64,000 nucleotides of DNA from Longimicrobiales bacterium. GTDB taxonomy: Bacteria > Gemmatimonadota > Gemmatimonadetes > Longimicrobiales > Gaopeijiaceae. Location: assembly GCA_963664435.2 (NCBI GenBank), contig CAXXKM010000001.1, positions 512,001 to 576,000 of the forward strand, written 5' to 3'. The stretch's first letter is position 1. Each line of letters starts with the position of its first letter. The position numbers were made by a program, and so were the translations under genes. Shown here one piece after another: positions 31,101 to 40,744 of the stretch. Below the pieces are notes generated by a model. That model made no database searches. It was not told where the DNA came from and worked only from the letters and a program-made list of their open reading frames with translations.

Positions 31101-34100
31101 CTGTACGGGGCCATGGCGGTGTCGGCGTCCCTGGCCGAAGGAAGCGCACCGGTGGTCCTGGAGGAGGTGCAGCTGCACAACGCGCTGGTCTTGACGGAGG
31201 AGGGCTCCGCGAACGGCGCGGGCGTGGACGGCCGTGAGATGCAGTTCGTGCTGGACGCCCCGGAGGCGCCCGCGGCGCATCCCTTCCAGATCTTCAGCAA
31301 GGGGAGCGACGGGGAATGGACTGTGCATGTCGAAGGCCGCACGTCACCGGGCTCCAGCGTGCCGGAAGCCGAGGGGAACATCGATCTGGACGCTCTCAGG
31401 GCCCGGTTGTCGCCGGTGGACGTGTCGGCATATTACCGCGCCCGCGCGGGCACCGGGGTCGATCTCGGTCCGGCCTTCCGCACGTTGCAGCGCGCCTGGT
31501 CCGGGCCCGGGGAGGCGTTGGGCGAAGTGTCGTTCCCGGAAGGTCTCGGCCGCAACCAGCTGGAGGTTCATCCGCTGGTCCTGGACGGTTGCTTTCAGGT
31601 CGTGGGCGCGGCGCGCGACCTGGAGGGGCCGCACGGATCCGTGACCTACCTCCCCTTCGGCTGGGAACGGCTGTGGCTTACGGCCGGACGGCTGCCCGAC
31701 CGCGTGGTCTGTCACGTGCTCATGAACGAGGCATCCCGCATCGCGGCGGAGAGCGACGGCGAGGCGCCCGAGGTCCTTTCCGGCGAGCTGCGCATCTACG
31801 ACCCGCAAGGCGCGCTGCTCGGCGGGTTGAGCGGCTACACCGTGAAACGCGCGACCCGGGCGGCGCTGCTCTCGGCCGTGGAGGGTGTGAAGGATCTGCT
31901 CTACGAGGTCGTCTGGAGGGAGCGCGCCCTCCCTCCCGGCCTGCCGTCCGCGGACTTCTTCCCCGCCCCGGCGTCCGTCAAGGCGGGCGCGCGGATGTTC
32001 GCGGACTATCTCGTCGATGCCGGCGTCGATCCCGACGGCAGGAACGCCCTCTTGACGGACCTGGAGCACTGGTCGTGGGCCTATGCGCTGGCGACGCTGG
32101 ACAGGCTGGGCTGGCAACGCGAGCCGGGCTCGATCGTCCAACCCGAAGACCTGCGTGAACGCCTCGGCGTCATCCCGGACCACCAGCGTCTCTTCCGGCG
32201 CATGCTCGAGATGGCGGCGAAGTCCGGGGTGTTGAAGGAGAACGACGACGGCTTCGTGGTCGTCGCCGGATCCGAGGATCCGTGGCCGGGGGTGCTGCCG
32301 GGCGATCCGGACCAGTACGCCGACGTGATGGCCGGCCGCTATGCGCATGGTCTGACCGAGACCGGGCTGTTCCGGCGGTCGGGCGGCGCTCTGGCGGACG
32401 TGCTGCGCGGCCGGGAGGATCCGCTGACACTCCTGTTCAGCAGCGGGGAACCCACCGCAGCCGACCTATACCTGAAGGCGCCCGTGGCGCGCGCGGCAAA
32501 CCAGATGCTGGAGGAGGCGGTCAGGGCGCTGGTGGATGCGCTGCCCGAGGGACGGCATCTCAGGATCATCGAAGTCGGCGCCGGCACCGGATCGGCCACC
32601 GCGTCCGTCCTGCCGGTGCTTCCGGAAGGGCGCTTCGACTACATGTACACCGACATCTCCGCGGGCTTCTTCGCGGAGGCCGAGGCGCGTTTCGGGGATG
32701 GGGACGGCTCCATCGAATACCGTCCTCTGGACATCGAGAAGGACCCCCTCGAGCAGGGGTTCACGGCCCACGGATACGATCTGCTGCTCGCGTCCAACGT
32801 CCTGCACGCGACACGCTATCTGGAAGAGACGCTGACCCATTGTCGCAAGCTGCTTGCGCCCTCGGGACAGCTGATCGCACTCGAGAACCTGAGCGGCCTG
32901 GGCTGGATGGACCTGACGTTCGGGCAGCTCGACGGCTGGTGGCGGTTCGCCGACGACTACCGGCCACACCACGCGCTGGCGGGTCCGGCGGTGTGGCGGC
33001 GCGCGCTCGGCGACGCGGGCTTCGAGGCGGTGGAAGTCCTGGGTGTGGACGAGTCCGACCTCGCGGGCATGCCGGACAAGGGCGTGATCGTGGCGAGCGG
33101 CCCCGCGCGGGTGCAGGAGCCGCCGGGCGCCTGGATTCTGGCCGCCGACCAGGGCGGCATCGCCGAGCGGCTGGCGAACGATCTGGCGGCACGCAACCAG
33201 ACGGTCGTGCTGGCGGCCGGTGGCGAACCGGAAGACGAGCGGCGGGATGCGACCGGCCCCGAGGTCTTCGTCACGACGCTGGAGATGGATCGGCGCGAGT
33301 CGTGGCGGTCGCTGATCGAGAGCCTCCCCGCGGACGTTCCTTTACGGGGCGTTGCGCACCTCATGGCCCTGGACGGGCACGGACAGGATGCGACGACCGC
33401 GGAAGTCGCCGCCGATGTCGCGCGCGGGGGGACAGCCGCGCTTGCCATGGTGCAGGGGGTCACCGACTCCGGCCGGAACCCGGATCGGGGCGTGTGGTTC
33501 GTCACGCGAGGCGCGCAGGTGCTGGAGCGCGAGACCGGCGGCCAGCTCGCCGGTGCGGTCCTGTGGGGCCTGGGCAAGGGGGTGGCCCGGGAGGCCGCCC
33601 ATCTGCAGCCGAGGATGATCGATCTGGACCCCGGGGAGAGGGCGGCCGACCCGGACCTGGCGAACGAGCTCATGTATCCGGACTCGGAAAACCACATCGT
33701 CCACCGCTTCGGACGTCGCCGGGTGGCCCGTCTGATTCGCGCGGAGTCGGACGCGGAGCGGCTGGCGCTCCCGGACGACCCCGACTGGGTGCTGGCTCCT
33801 GATCCGGGCGGGGTGTTCGACAGGCCTTTCGTGCAGCCGCTGCCGGCGCGGCCTCTGGACCCGGGAGAGGTGCGCGTCGCGGTCGAGGCGGCGGGACTCA
33901 ACTTCTGGGACGTGTTCCGCTCGCTGGGCTTCATCGAGGAGGGGCTGCTGGGCAGGGAGATGTGCGGCCATGTCATTCAGGTGGGCTCCGGTGTGTCCGA
34001 GGCAGGGGTCGGCGATCATGTGGTCGGAATGGGGTTCGGGGCATTCGGCCCGGAGATGATCACGCACGCGGAACTGGTGGCTCCCGCGCCCGAGGGGTTC

Positions 34101-37100
34101 CCGGTAACCGGACTGGCGGCGGTCCCCAGCGCCTTCGTGTCGGCGGCCCTCTCGTTCGAATTCACGGGACTGGAGCCCGGCGAACGGGTGCTGATCCACG
34201 CGGGCGCGGGCGGCGTGGGCCTCGCGGCCATCCAGTGGGTGCAGGCCGCGGGCGCCGAGGTCTTCGCCACCGCGAGCGCGCCCAAACAGGCGTATCTGCG
34301 GTCCCTCGGCGTGAAGCACGTCTTCGACAGCCGCACCATCGACTTCGGGCGCGAGATTCTCGAGGCCACGGAAGGCGAGGGCGTGGATGTCGTTCTGAAC
34401 AGCCTGACGGGAGAGGGCTTCATCGACGCCAGCCTCTCGTGCCTCAAGCGCGGCGGCCGTTTCGTGGAGATGGCCCGACGGGACATCCTCAGCGAAGAGG
34501 AGATGGCCGCGGTACGTCCCGACGTGCCCTATCACATCCTGGAACTGGACGTTCTGAAGAAGACGGATCCGGCGCGGGTGGGAAGGGTCCTGCGCGGCGT
34601 GATGGCACGCATCGACTCGGGAGAGCTCAGTCCCATCATCCACAGCCGCTGGCCCCTGGCGGAGGCCGGCGCGGCGCTGAGCTTCATGAGATCGGCGCGG
34701 CATCTCGGAAAGATTGTCGTGACCACGCCCCCGCTCACGGGTGGCCGGCTGCGGCCGGACCGGACCTACCTGGTCACCGGCGGCCTGGGCGGCATCGGTT
34801 GTGCGGTGGCCGAATGGCTGGCCGACCGGGGCGCGGGCGCCATCGTGCTGAACGGCCGGCGCCCGCCGGATCCCGACGCCGAGGAGACCGTCCGTTCGCT
34901 CCGGGAACGCGGGGTGACGGTCGAAGTGGAGCTGGCCGACATCGCGGACGGGAACGCGGTCGACGAGATGCTTGCGCGCATGGACCTGAGGCTGCCGCCG
35001 CTCGGGGGCGTGATCCACAGCGTGGGAGTCCTGTCCGACGGCGCCCTCCCCAACCAGACCTGGGAGAGGTTCGAACAGGTTCTGTGGCCCAAGATCCTGG
35101 GTGCCTGGCATCTGCATCGCGCGACGCTCGACCGCGATCTGGACATGTTTGTCCTTTTTTCCAGCCGGGTGGGCATGATGGGGAATCCCGGCCAGGCGAA
35201 CCACGCCGCCGCCAACGCCTTCCTCGACCAGCTTGCCGGCCACCGCCGCGCCCTGGGGCTCGCCGGACAGGCCATCGCATGGGGCGCGTGGTCGGAAATC
35301 GGCGAGGCCGCCGAGCAACGAGAGCGGATCGACCAGCGGCGCTCGGCCCTCGGCGGCCGCTGGTTCACGCCGCAACAGGGCATCAGGGCGTTCGACCGGC
35401 TCGTGCGCCAGGACGTGACCCATTCCGTCGTGATGGCGATGGACTGGGGCGTGTTCGAAGAAGCCGTCGACGAGCGTCCGCCCCTTCTCGAGGAGCTGTT
35501 CTCCGGGGCCTCCGAGGCCGAGCCGGAGACCGCGTCTGCCCCGAGGGATGTTCTGTCCCGCGTACGGGAATCCCCCGCGGCGGAGCGCGAGAAAGTGCTG
35601 GTGTCCTTCCTGCAGGGCGAGGTGCAGGCCGTGCTGCGGCTGCCGTCGGCTCCGGCGCCGGCGGTGGGGTTCTTCGACCTGGGGATGGACTCGTTGATGG
35701 CCGTCGAGCTGCGCAACCGGCTCAACCGCGCCCTCTCGGGAGCGTACACGGCACCCAACACACTCGTGTTCGACTACCCGGACATCGCCTCGCTCGCCGC
35801 TCACCTGAACGGCGAACTGGGCGAGGACGGGGCGGCGGCGGCCGCCGAGCGTCAGCCGGTGCCCGCCCCCGGACCTCAGCCGGAACCGGCGAGCGCGCCG
35901 GACGCGTCGGACGAAGACGACGCCATCGCGATCGTCGGGATGGCGTGCCGATTCCCCGGAGCCCCTGACCTCGCCTCCTTCTGGAGCCTGCTCCAGGGCG
36001 GGGCCGATCTGGTGACGGACGGACGCCGGGATCCCGGTCCCTGGGACGGCGTCGCCGGAGATCCGGCCGGACCCGACGACGCTTCCCGTCGGGGCGCGTT
36101 CCTCGAGGACATCGACAAGTTCGACGCCAGGTTCTTCCGGATTACGCCGATCGAGGCGCGCATGATGGATCCGCGGCAGCGCCTGCTGCTCGAAACAACC
36201 TGGCATGCGCTCGAGGACGCGGGGGTGGATCCCGAGCGACTGAAGGGCAGCAACACCGGTGTCTATGTCGGGGTCGGAAACGGCGACTACCGGGATGTGG
36301 CGGCGATGAGTGGCGAGGCCCACGGCTACCTCGGCACGACCATGAGCGTCACCGCCGGGCGGATCTCCTTCGCCCTGGGGCTCACAGGCCCGGCGATCCC
36401 GCTGGACATGGCGTGCGCGTCCTCCCTGGCAGCCGTCCACCAGGCCGCTTCCGCACTCCGGCACGGCGAAGTGGAGATGGCCCTGGTCAGCGGCGTCAAC
36501 GCAATCCTGTCCCCGGACATAACGACCTTCATGAAAGAGGTCGGCATGCTGTCGGCAACGGGACGCTGCAGCACCTTCGACGCGGCGGCGGACGGCTTCG
36601 TGCGCGGGGAGGGCTGCGGCGTCGTCGTGCTGAAGCGACTGAGCGAGGCGCGGGCGGACGGTGACCGCATCTGGGGCGTGATCCGGGGATCCGCGGTCAA
36701 CCAGAACGGGCCCAGCGCGGGGCTGACCGTACCCAACGGACCGGCCCAGGAGCGCGTCATCGAAGAAGCCCTTGCCCGCGCCGGGATCGCGCCGGCAGAG
36801 GTGGACTATCTGGAGGCACACGGAGCAGGATCCGATCTGGGCGATCCGATCGAGGTGCAGGCGGCGGCAGCCGTCTACGGCCGGGAACGGAGCCCGGAGC
36901 GCCCGCTGCTGATCGGGTCCGTGAAAACCAACATCGGCCACTCGGAGTGCGCGGCCGGAGTGGCCAGCCTGATCAAGGCCGTCCTTTCCATGAACGAGGG
37001 CAGCATCCCGAAGCAGCTTCACTTCCACGACCCGAACCCGCACTTGGCGTGGGACCAGCTTCCGGTCCGGGTCACTTCCGAGTCCATGGACTGGCCTTCC

Positions 37101-38471
37101 CGTCCCGGGCGTCCGGCGCGCGCCGGGGTGAGTTCCTTCGGGCTCTCCGGGACGAACGCACACGTGGTGGTCGAAGCGGGCGCCGTCGAGGGGAATGCTT
37201 CAGCGCTGGCGGGCGCGACCCGGCCAGCCGGTCCTGCCCGGACCGCGCCGGTCGAGCTGCCCGGAAACGCGGTCGAACTGCCGGTTGCCGGGGGCGAGTT
37301 CGTTCCCCGCGCGATGCGCGTGCTGCCGCTCTCCGGGAAATCTCCAGCCGCATTGCGGGAACTCGCGCAGCGGTACCGGACCTGGTTGGACGAGCATGAG
37401 GAGGAGTTGTCCGCGGGAGGCGGCGCGGCGGAGACCCTGCTCGCCGACATGGCCTGGACGGCCGGCGTGGGGCGCAGTCACTTCGCTCGCCGCGCAGGTC
37501 TGGTCTTCGGCGATGCCGCGTCGCTGCTGGAGGGGCTCGACGCCCTGCTGCGGGCGGACCTGGGGCCGGAGCCGAGAGGGATGCCGGAGCCTCCCCCGCC
37601 CCCCAGGACCGCCTTCGTGTACACCGGCGAGGGCAGTGAGCGGATCGGAATGGGGCGGGATCTCTACGAAACCGAGCCCGTGGTCCGTGCGGTGCTGGAT
37701 CGGTGTGACGCCGTGTTCGGAGCCGAACGTGGGGGAGCCTCCCTGATCGACGTCATGTTCGGACGGGCGGGTGCGGCGGGCAGGCTGGGCGACCCGGAGT
37801 GGGCGCAGCCGGCCGTCTACTCGCTCGCGTGCGCGCTCACGGCGCTCTGGGCAAGCGTGGGCGTGCGGCCCGGGGTGGTCGCGGGACACGGCGTCGCCGA
37901 GGTAGCCGCCGCCTGGGCCGCGGGCGTGTTCAGCCTGGAAGACGGGCTGCGCATCGCAGCCGCCCGCGGAGCCGCGATGAGTCGGCCGAGAGTACGGATG
38001 GCGGCGGCGGCTCCGGCCGGCGATCGCTCCGGTCCGGATCCGGATCCACTGGCTGAACTGGAAGCCGTGTGCTCCGGCATGACGTTCACCCCTCCGGAAA
38101 TCGCGATGGTGAGCGAGCTCACGGGCGCCGTCCTGGCGGCTGACGCAGGGCTCGACGGCACGTACTGGCGCCGACAGGCGAACGCGGCGCACAAAACGGC
38201 CGGACTGACCCGGGCGCTCGCGGGGGCGGAAGCGGAACTCGTCGTGGAGGTCGGCCCGCGGCCGGGAGCGGGACCCGCCCGGCTGGGGATGTGGCCCGAA
38301 GCGGCCAGCCGAGCCGACAGCACCTCCTTCGCGGAGTCAGTGGCGCGAGCCTACGAGGCAGGGTTGCCGATTTCGTTCGCCGGACTGTTCGCGGGGGAGG
38401 CGCGCCGCCGGATCTCCCTTCCCGGCTATCCGTTCCAGCGCAGAAGACACTGGTTCGACCCGGCCCGATGA
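28134..38471 (+). CDS. supA: Type I PKS, KS-AT-DH-cMT-ER-KR-ACP-KS-AT0 (SupA-like)
   Basis: KS1 DAACAS/HGTGT/GHLE; AT1 GHSVG, KAFHS; DH HRVYGRVVAP, LDGCFQ; MT EVGAGTG; ER HAGAGGVG; KR TGGLGGIG, GQANHAAAN; ACP GMDSL; KS2 DMACAS/HGAGS/GHSE; AT2 GHGVA; symbol assigned from architecture and neighbours. Confidence 0.9.
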   Translation: MTARRPDLSAAGEPIAIIGMACRFPGANDIEAFWRLLETGKNAVAEGVPGSGVGRWGQLFGDKPVQSEGCRFGAFVDDIDQFDDAFFRISPVEAELLDPQQRMMLEVSWRALEDAGMDPDRLMESRTGVYTGISNDEYRMLVVESAKPAEAAACLYALSGTNLNGTAGRVSFVLGLRGPAKAVDAACASAMVAINDAVADLQQGKANLAIAGGVQAILNGRIYELRADAMMLSPDGKCKTFDASANGYVRAEGCGVVVLKRLSDAQADGDRIWAVIRSSVVNHGGTGVGLTVPNTPALEQVMEDALSQAGLDPLEVDYVEAHGTGTAVGDPIELNAVASVYGRGRDAESPLLIGSVKTNVGHLESAAGVVGLIKSALVVKRGRIPKHLHFRDPNPAFDWDRAPLRVTSDMMDWPDRPGRPRVAGVNCFGISGTNAHLVVEEYWGPEATREASPLPLGSPQPIPVALPAAVAHLPPPEPDIRARRTRVLPLSAKSEQALRESAGRYLAWLEDRAGELSGGAAAAELLADLAWTAGVGRSHFDQRAGIVFEDVGPLRRQLEALAESGDVPGPGTAARVAFAYTGQGSQWVGMGRELYETEPVVRAVMDRCEAVFRDERGTSLLDAMFGRSGDEDQLRDTAWEQPALYTLECALTALWASVGIRPDVVLGHSVGELAASQAAGVFSLEDGMRFACARGALMASMEDGAMAAVFAPAARVAEVVEAHNAASAGVGVSISGDNGTHQVISGPAEDVEAISNRFEAEAVRVRRLNTAKAFHSALVEPALDVLEASLDASAIAPPTLTMVSNLTGRAVEAGELLDGSYWKRHARQAVAFASGVRTLADLGVDLVIEIGPRSVLAPMALSAWPASAEAPAVLSSIAPPSDDAGAGGSKGGFAEAAAGAYQAGLPIRFEGLFAGEARRRISIPGYPFQRRRHWLEAPRRRRADAGHPLLGARHELARGEVTFETEVFASDPEWLDDHRVYGRVVAPGALYGAMAVSASLAEGSAPVVLEEVQLHNALVLTEEGSANGAGVDGREMQFVLDAPEAPAAHPFQIFSKGSDGEWTVHVEGRTSPGSSVPEAEGNIDLDALRARLSPVDVSAYYRARAGTGVDLGPAFRTLQRAWSGPGEALGEVSFPEGLGRNQLEVHPLVLDGCFQVVGAARDLEGPHGSVTYLPFGWERLWLTAGRLPDRVVCHVLMNEASRIAAESDGEAPEVLSGELRIYDPQGALLGGLSGYTVKRATRAALLSAVEGVKDLLYEVVWRERALPPGLPSADFFPAPASVKAGARMFADYLVDAGVDPDGRNALLTDLEHWSWAYALATLDRLGWQREPGSIVQPEDLRERLGVIPDHQRLFRRMLEMAAKSGVLKENDDGFVVVAGSEDPWPGVLPGDPDQYADVMAGRYAHGLTETGLFRRSGGALADVLRGREDPLTLLFSSGEPTAADLYLKAPVARAANQMLEEAVRALVDALPEGRHLRIIEVGAGTGSATASVLPVLPEGRFDYMYTDISAGFFAEAEARFGDGDGSIEYRPLDIEKDPLEQGFTAHGYDLLLASNVLHATRYLEETLTHCRKLLAPSGQLIALENLSGLGWMDLTFGQLDGWWRFADDYRPHHALAGPAVWRRALGDAGFEAVEVLGVDESDLAGMPDKGVIVASGPARVQEPPGAWILAADQGGIAERLANDLAARNQTVVLAAGGEPEDERRDATGPEVFVTTLEMDRRESWRSLIESLPADVPLRGVAHLMALDGHGQDATTAEVAADVARGGTAALAMVQGVTDSGRNPDRGVWFVTRGAQVLERETGGQLAGAVLWGLGKGVAREAAHLQPRMIDLDPGERAADPDLANELMYPDSENHIVHRFGRRRVARLIRAESDAERLALPDDPDWVLAPDPGGVFDRPFVQPLPARPLDPGEVRVAVEAAGLNFWDVFRSLGFIEEGLLGREMCGHVIQVGSGVSEAGVGDHVVGMGFGAFGPEMITHAELVAPAPEGFPVTGLAAVPSAFVSAALSFEFTGLEPGERVLIHAGAGGVGLAAIQWVQAAGAEVFATASAPKQAYLRSLGVKHVFDSRTIDFGREILEATEGEGVDVVLNSLTGEGFIDASLSCLKRGGRFVEMARRDILSEEEMAAVRPDVPYHILELDVLKKTDPARVGRVLRGVMARIDSGELSPIIHSRWPLAEAGAALSFMRSARHLGKIVVTTPPLTGGRLRPDRTYLVTGGLGGIGCAVAEWLADRGAGAIVLNGRRPPDPDAEETVRSLRERGVTVEVELADIADGNAVDEMLARMDLRLPPLGGVIHSVGVLSDGALPNQTWERFEQVLWPKILGAWHLHRATLDRDLDMFVLFSSRVGMMGNPGQANHAAANAFLDQLAGHRRALGLAGQAIAWGAWSEIGEAAEQRERIDQRRSALGGRWFTPQQGIRAFDRLVRQDVTHSVVMAMDWGVFEEAVDERPPLLEELFSGASEAEPETASAPRDVLSRVRESPAAEREKVLVSFLQGEVQAVLRLPSAPAPAVGFFDLGMDSLMAVELRNRLNRALSGAYTAPNTLVFDYPDIASLAAHLNGELGEDGAAAAAERQPVPAPGPQPEPASAPDASDEDDAIAIVGMACRFPGAPDLASFWSLLQGGADLVTDGRRDPGPWDGVAGDPAGPDDASRRGAFLEDIDKFDARFFRITPIEARMMDPRQRLLLETTWHALEDAGVDPERLKGSNTGVYVGVGNGDYRDVAAMSGEAHGYLGTTMSVTAGRISFALGLTGPAIPLDMACASSLAAVHQAASALRHGEVEMALVSGVNAILSPDITTFMKEVGMLSATGRCSTFDAAADGFVRGEGCGVVVLKRLSEARADGDRIWGVIRGSAVNQNGPSAGLTVPNGPAQERVIEEALARAGIAPAEVDYLEAHGAGSDLGDPIEVQAAAAVYGRERSPERPLLIGSVKTNIGHSECAAGVASLIKAVLSMNEGSIPKQLHFHDPNPHLAWDQLPVRVTSESMDWPSRPGRPARAGVSSFGLSGTNAHVVVEAGAVEGNASALAGATRPAGPARTAPVELPGNAVELPVAGGEFVPRAMRVLPLSGKSPAALRELAQRYRTWLDEHEEELSAGGGAAETLLADMAWTAGVGRSHFARRAGLVFGDAASLLEGLDALLRADLGPEPRGMPEPPPPPRTAFVYTGEGSERIGMGRDLYETEPVVRAVLDRCDAVFGAERGGASLIDVMFGRAGAAGRLGDPEWAQPAVYSLACALTALWASVGVRPGVVAGHGVAEVAAAWAAGVFSLEDGLRIAAARGAAMSRPRVRMAAAAPAGDRSGPDPDPLAELEAVCSGMTFTPPEIAMVSELTGAVLAADAGLDGTYWRRQANAAHKTAGLTRALAGAEAELVVEVGPRPGAGPARLGMWPEAASRADSTSFAESVARAYEAGLPISFAGLFAGEARRRISLPGYPFQRRRHWFDPAR

Positions 38472-40228
38472 GCGCCCGCAGTCCCCGCAGCGATCCCTCA
38501 CTTCGTTACCAGGCCGACGAGAAAGCCCCGCCGCGCCTCGCGCTGGGGGTCGGCCTGCAGCTGGCGGTGCTCAACATCGCCGCCGTGATGCTCATTCCCA
38601 TGGTGGTGATGCGGGCCGCCGGCATGAGCGACGCCTACCTGTCCTGGGCCGTGGTGGCGTCGGTGACCATCTGCGGCGTGGCGACCGTCTTGCAGGCGCT
38701 GCGCGCCGGACGCATCGGGATGGGGCATGTGATGGTCATGGGCACCTCCGGGGCTTTCATCCCCGCCTCGATCATGGCGCTCGTGGAGGGGGGCCCCGCC
38801 CTGCTCGCAGTGCTGGTCGTAGTCTCCGCGATGGTCCCGCTCCTGCTCTCCTGGCGGCTTTCCCTCTTCCAGCGCGTCCTGACGCCCGCCGTCTCGGGCA
38901 CCGTGATCATGCTCATCCCGGTCACGGTCATGCCGTTCATCGGCGGCCTCCTCTCCGGCTCCCCCGACACGGGCACCGTCCCGGGCGCGTCGGTCAGCTT
39001 CTTCGCAACGGTGCTCCTCATCGGCGGCCTTGCGCTCAAGGCGAGCGGAACACTGCGGCTATGGGCCCCCGTGATCGGGGTAATCCTGGGCTCGGCGATC
39101 GCGGCCGGATACGGCCTCTACGACCTCGAGCGCGTCGCGGCTGCTCCCTGGCTGGACCTGCCGCGGATCCAGGCCCCTGGTCTGGATCTCGAGTTCGGCA
39201 CGGCATTCTGGACGCTGCTCCCCTCCTTCCTGCTCGTTGCCGTTATCGCAGCAATCCGGACGATGAGCAGCGCGGTGGCGGTCCAGCGCGTCTCGTGGCG
39301 CCGAAGGAGCCGCGCGGTCGACTTCCGCGCCGTACAGGGTACCATGACGGTGGACGGAGTGGGCAACCTCCTCGCCGGCCTCGCCGGGACCGTCCCCGGC
39401 AGCGCAACCACCACGAGCGTGCCCCTGACGCAGCTCACCGGAGTGGCGGCGCGCGCAGTCGGGATCGTGGCGGGAGCAACGTTCATCGCGTTCGCCTTCC
39501 TGCCGAAGCCGTTCGCGGCCGTACTGGCGATTCCCGACCCGGTTTTCGCCGGCTATCTCGTCGTTCTGCTCGCCATGCTCTTCGCGATCGGCATGAAGAT
39601 CGTGCTGCAGGGCGGCCTGGGGTACCGCGAGGGCATGGTCGTCGGCATCGCCTTCCTCGCCGGGGTGGGCTTCCAGTACGGCCTGATCTTCCCCGGGGAG
39701 GCGTCTCGATTCGCGGGCGGCCTGCTCGAGAACGGCATGAATGCCGGCGGTTTCAGCGCCATCCTCATGACCCTCTTCCTCCGCCTCACGGAGCCCCGCC
39801 CGAGCCGCATCGAAGCGGGACTCGACAGCGCGCAACTACCGACGATCCGGAAGTTCCTGGACGATTTCGCGTCCCGCGGCGGTTGGGGCGAGGAGATGGC
39901 CGAGCGGCTTGGGGCCGCCGCCGAGGAGGCGCTGCTCGCGCTCGCGCGGGGGACCGATTCCGGACCGGACGAGGACAGCGGCCGCCGGCTCCTGTTGACA
40001 GCGCACATCGAGAAGCGCGGGGCCGTGCTCGAATTCGTTGTCGGTCCCGGAACCGAGAACCTGCAGGACCGGATCGCCCTGCTCGAAGACCACTCCGACG
40101 AAGCCTCCATGGAGCGGGAGGTGTCGCTGCGCCTGCTCCGCCACCTTGCCTCTTCGGTCCGCCACCAGCAGTACCACGACACCGAGATCGTAACGGTGCG
40201 CGTGGAGGAAGTCCGCGGCTCCGGCTGA
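38468..40228 (+). CDS. NCS2 (xanthine/uracil) permease family protein with C-terminal degenerate HATPase/anti-sigma-like domain
   Basis: ATGA overlap with PKS stop; RYQADEKAP, TVLQ, MGTSGAF, TPAVSGTVIMLI, LTGVAAR; soluble tail LPTIRKFL...RLGAAAEEAL...SLRLLRHLASSV. Confidence 0.85.
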   Translation: MSARSPRSDPSLRYQADEKAPPRLALGVGLQLAVLNIAAVMLIPMVVMRAAGMSDAYLSWAVVASVTICGVATVLQALRAGRIGMGHVMVMGTSGAFIPASIMALVEGGPALLAVLVVVSAMVPLLLSWRLSLFQRVLTPAVSGTVIMLIPVTVMPFIGGLLSGSPDTGTVPGASVSFFATVLLIGGLALKASGTLRLWAPVIGVILGSAIAAGYGLYDLERVAAAPWLDLPRIQAPGLDLEFGTAFWTLLPSFLLVAVIAAIRTMSSAVAVQRVSWRRRSRAVDFRAVQGTMTVDGVGNLLAGLAGTVPGSATTTSVPLTQLTGVAARAVGIVAGATFIAFAFLPKPFAAVLAIPDPVFAGYLVVLLAMLFAIGMKIVLQGGLGYREGMVVGIAFLAGVGFQYGLIFPGEASRFAGGLLENGMNAGGFSAILMTLFLRLTEPRPSRIEAGLDSAQLPTIRKFLDDFASRGGWGEEMAERLGAAAEEALLALARGTDSGPDEDSGRRLLLTAHIEKRGAVLEFVVGPGTENLQDRIALLEDHSDEASMEREVSLRLLRHLASSVRHQQYHDTEIVTVRVEEVRGSG

Positions 40229-40314
40229 CGGATCGTCGCGGGAGCGAACGCCGGATTTCGCCGAGGAACGGATCGCAGAAATCCCTCACCTCAACTCACG
40301 GGAGAACACACCCC

Positions 40315-40728
40315 ATGCACGATGTCAACCTGCTCGCAGTGCTGGTCGCCGGGATCGTCCCGATGATCGTCGGCATGCTCTGGTACGGACCGCTGTTCGG
40401 CAAGCGCTGGATGGCGCTGATGGAGACGACGCCCGAGGAAATCCAGGAGGGCTTCAACCCGCTCAAGACCTACGGCATCAGCTTCCTGCTCTCGCTGGTC
40501 ACCGCGTTCATTCTGGCCCAGCTGATCGCCGATATCGCTCCGGGGACCGTCTCGTCGATCGTCGGCGTACACGTGGGACTCATGGCGCTGGTTGCCTTCG
40601 TCCTCCCGGTCGCGCACCAGGGGGTCACGTTCGAGGGGCGCAAACCCGGGCTCGCATGGCTGAACGTCGGCTACAACGGAGTGTCGCTCATCGGACAGGC
40701 GGTTGTCATCGCCTTGTGGCCTGCATAG
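40315..40728 (+). CDS. DUF1761-family membrane protein
   Basis: VNLLAVLVAGIV...GMLWYGPLFGKRWM; four hydrophobic segments; GGAG SD. Confidence 0.8.
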   Translation: MHDVNLLAVLVAGIVPMIVGMLWYGPLFGKRWMALMETTPEEIQEGFNPLKTYGISFLLSLVTAFILAQLIADIAPGTVSSIVGVHVGLMALVAFVLPVAHQGVTFEGRKPGLAWLNVGYNGVSLIGQAVVIALWPA

Positions 40729-40744
40729 CGACCGCGCGCTCTTC

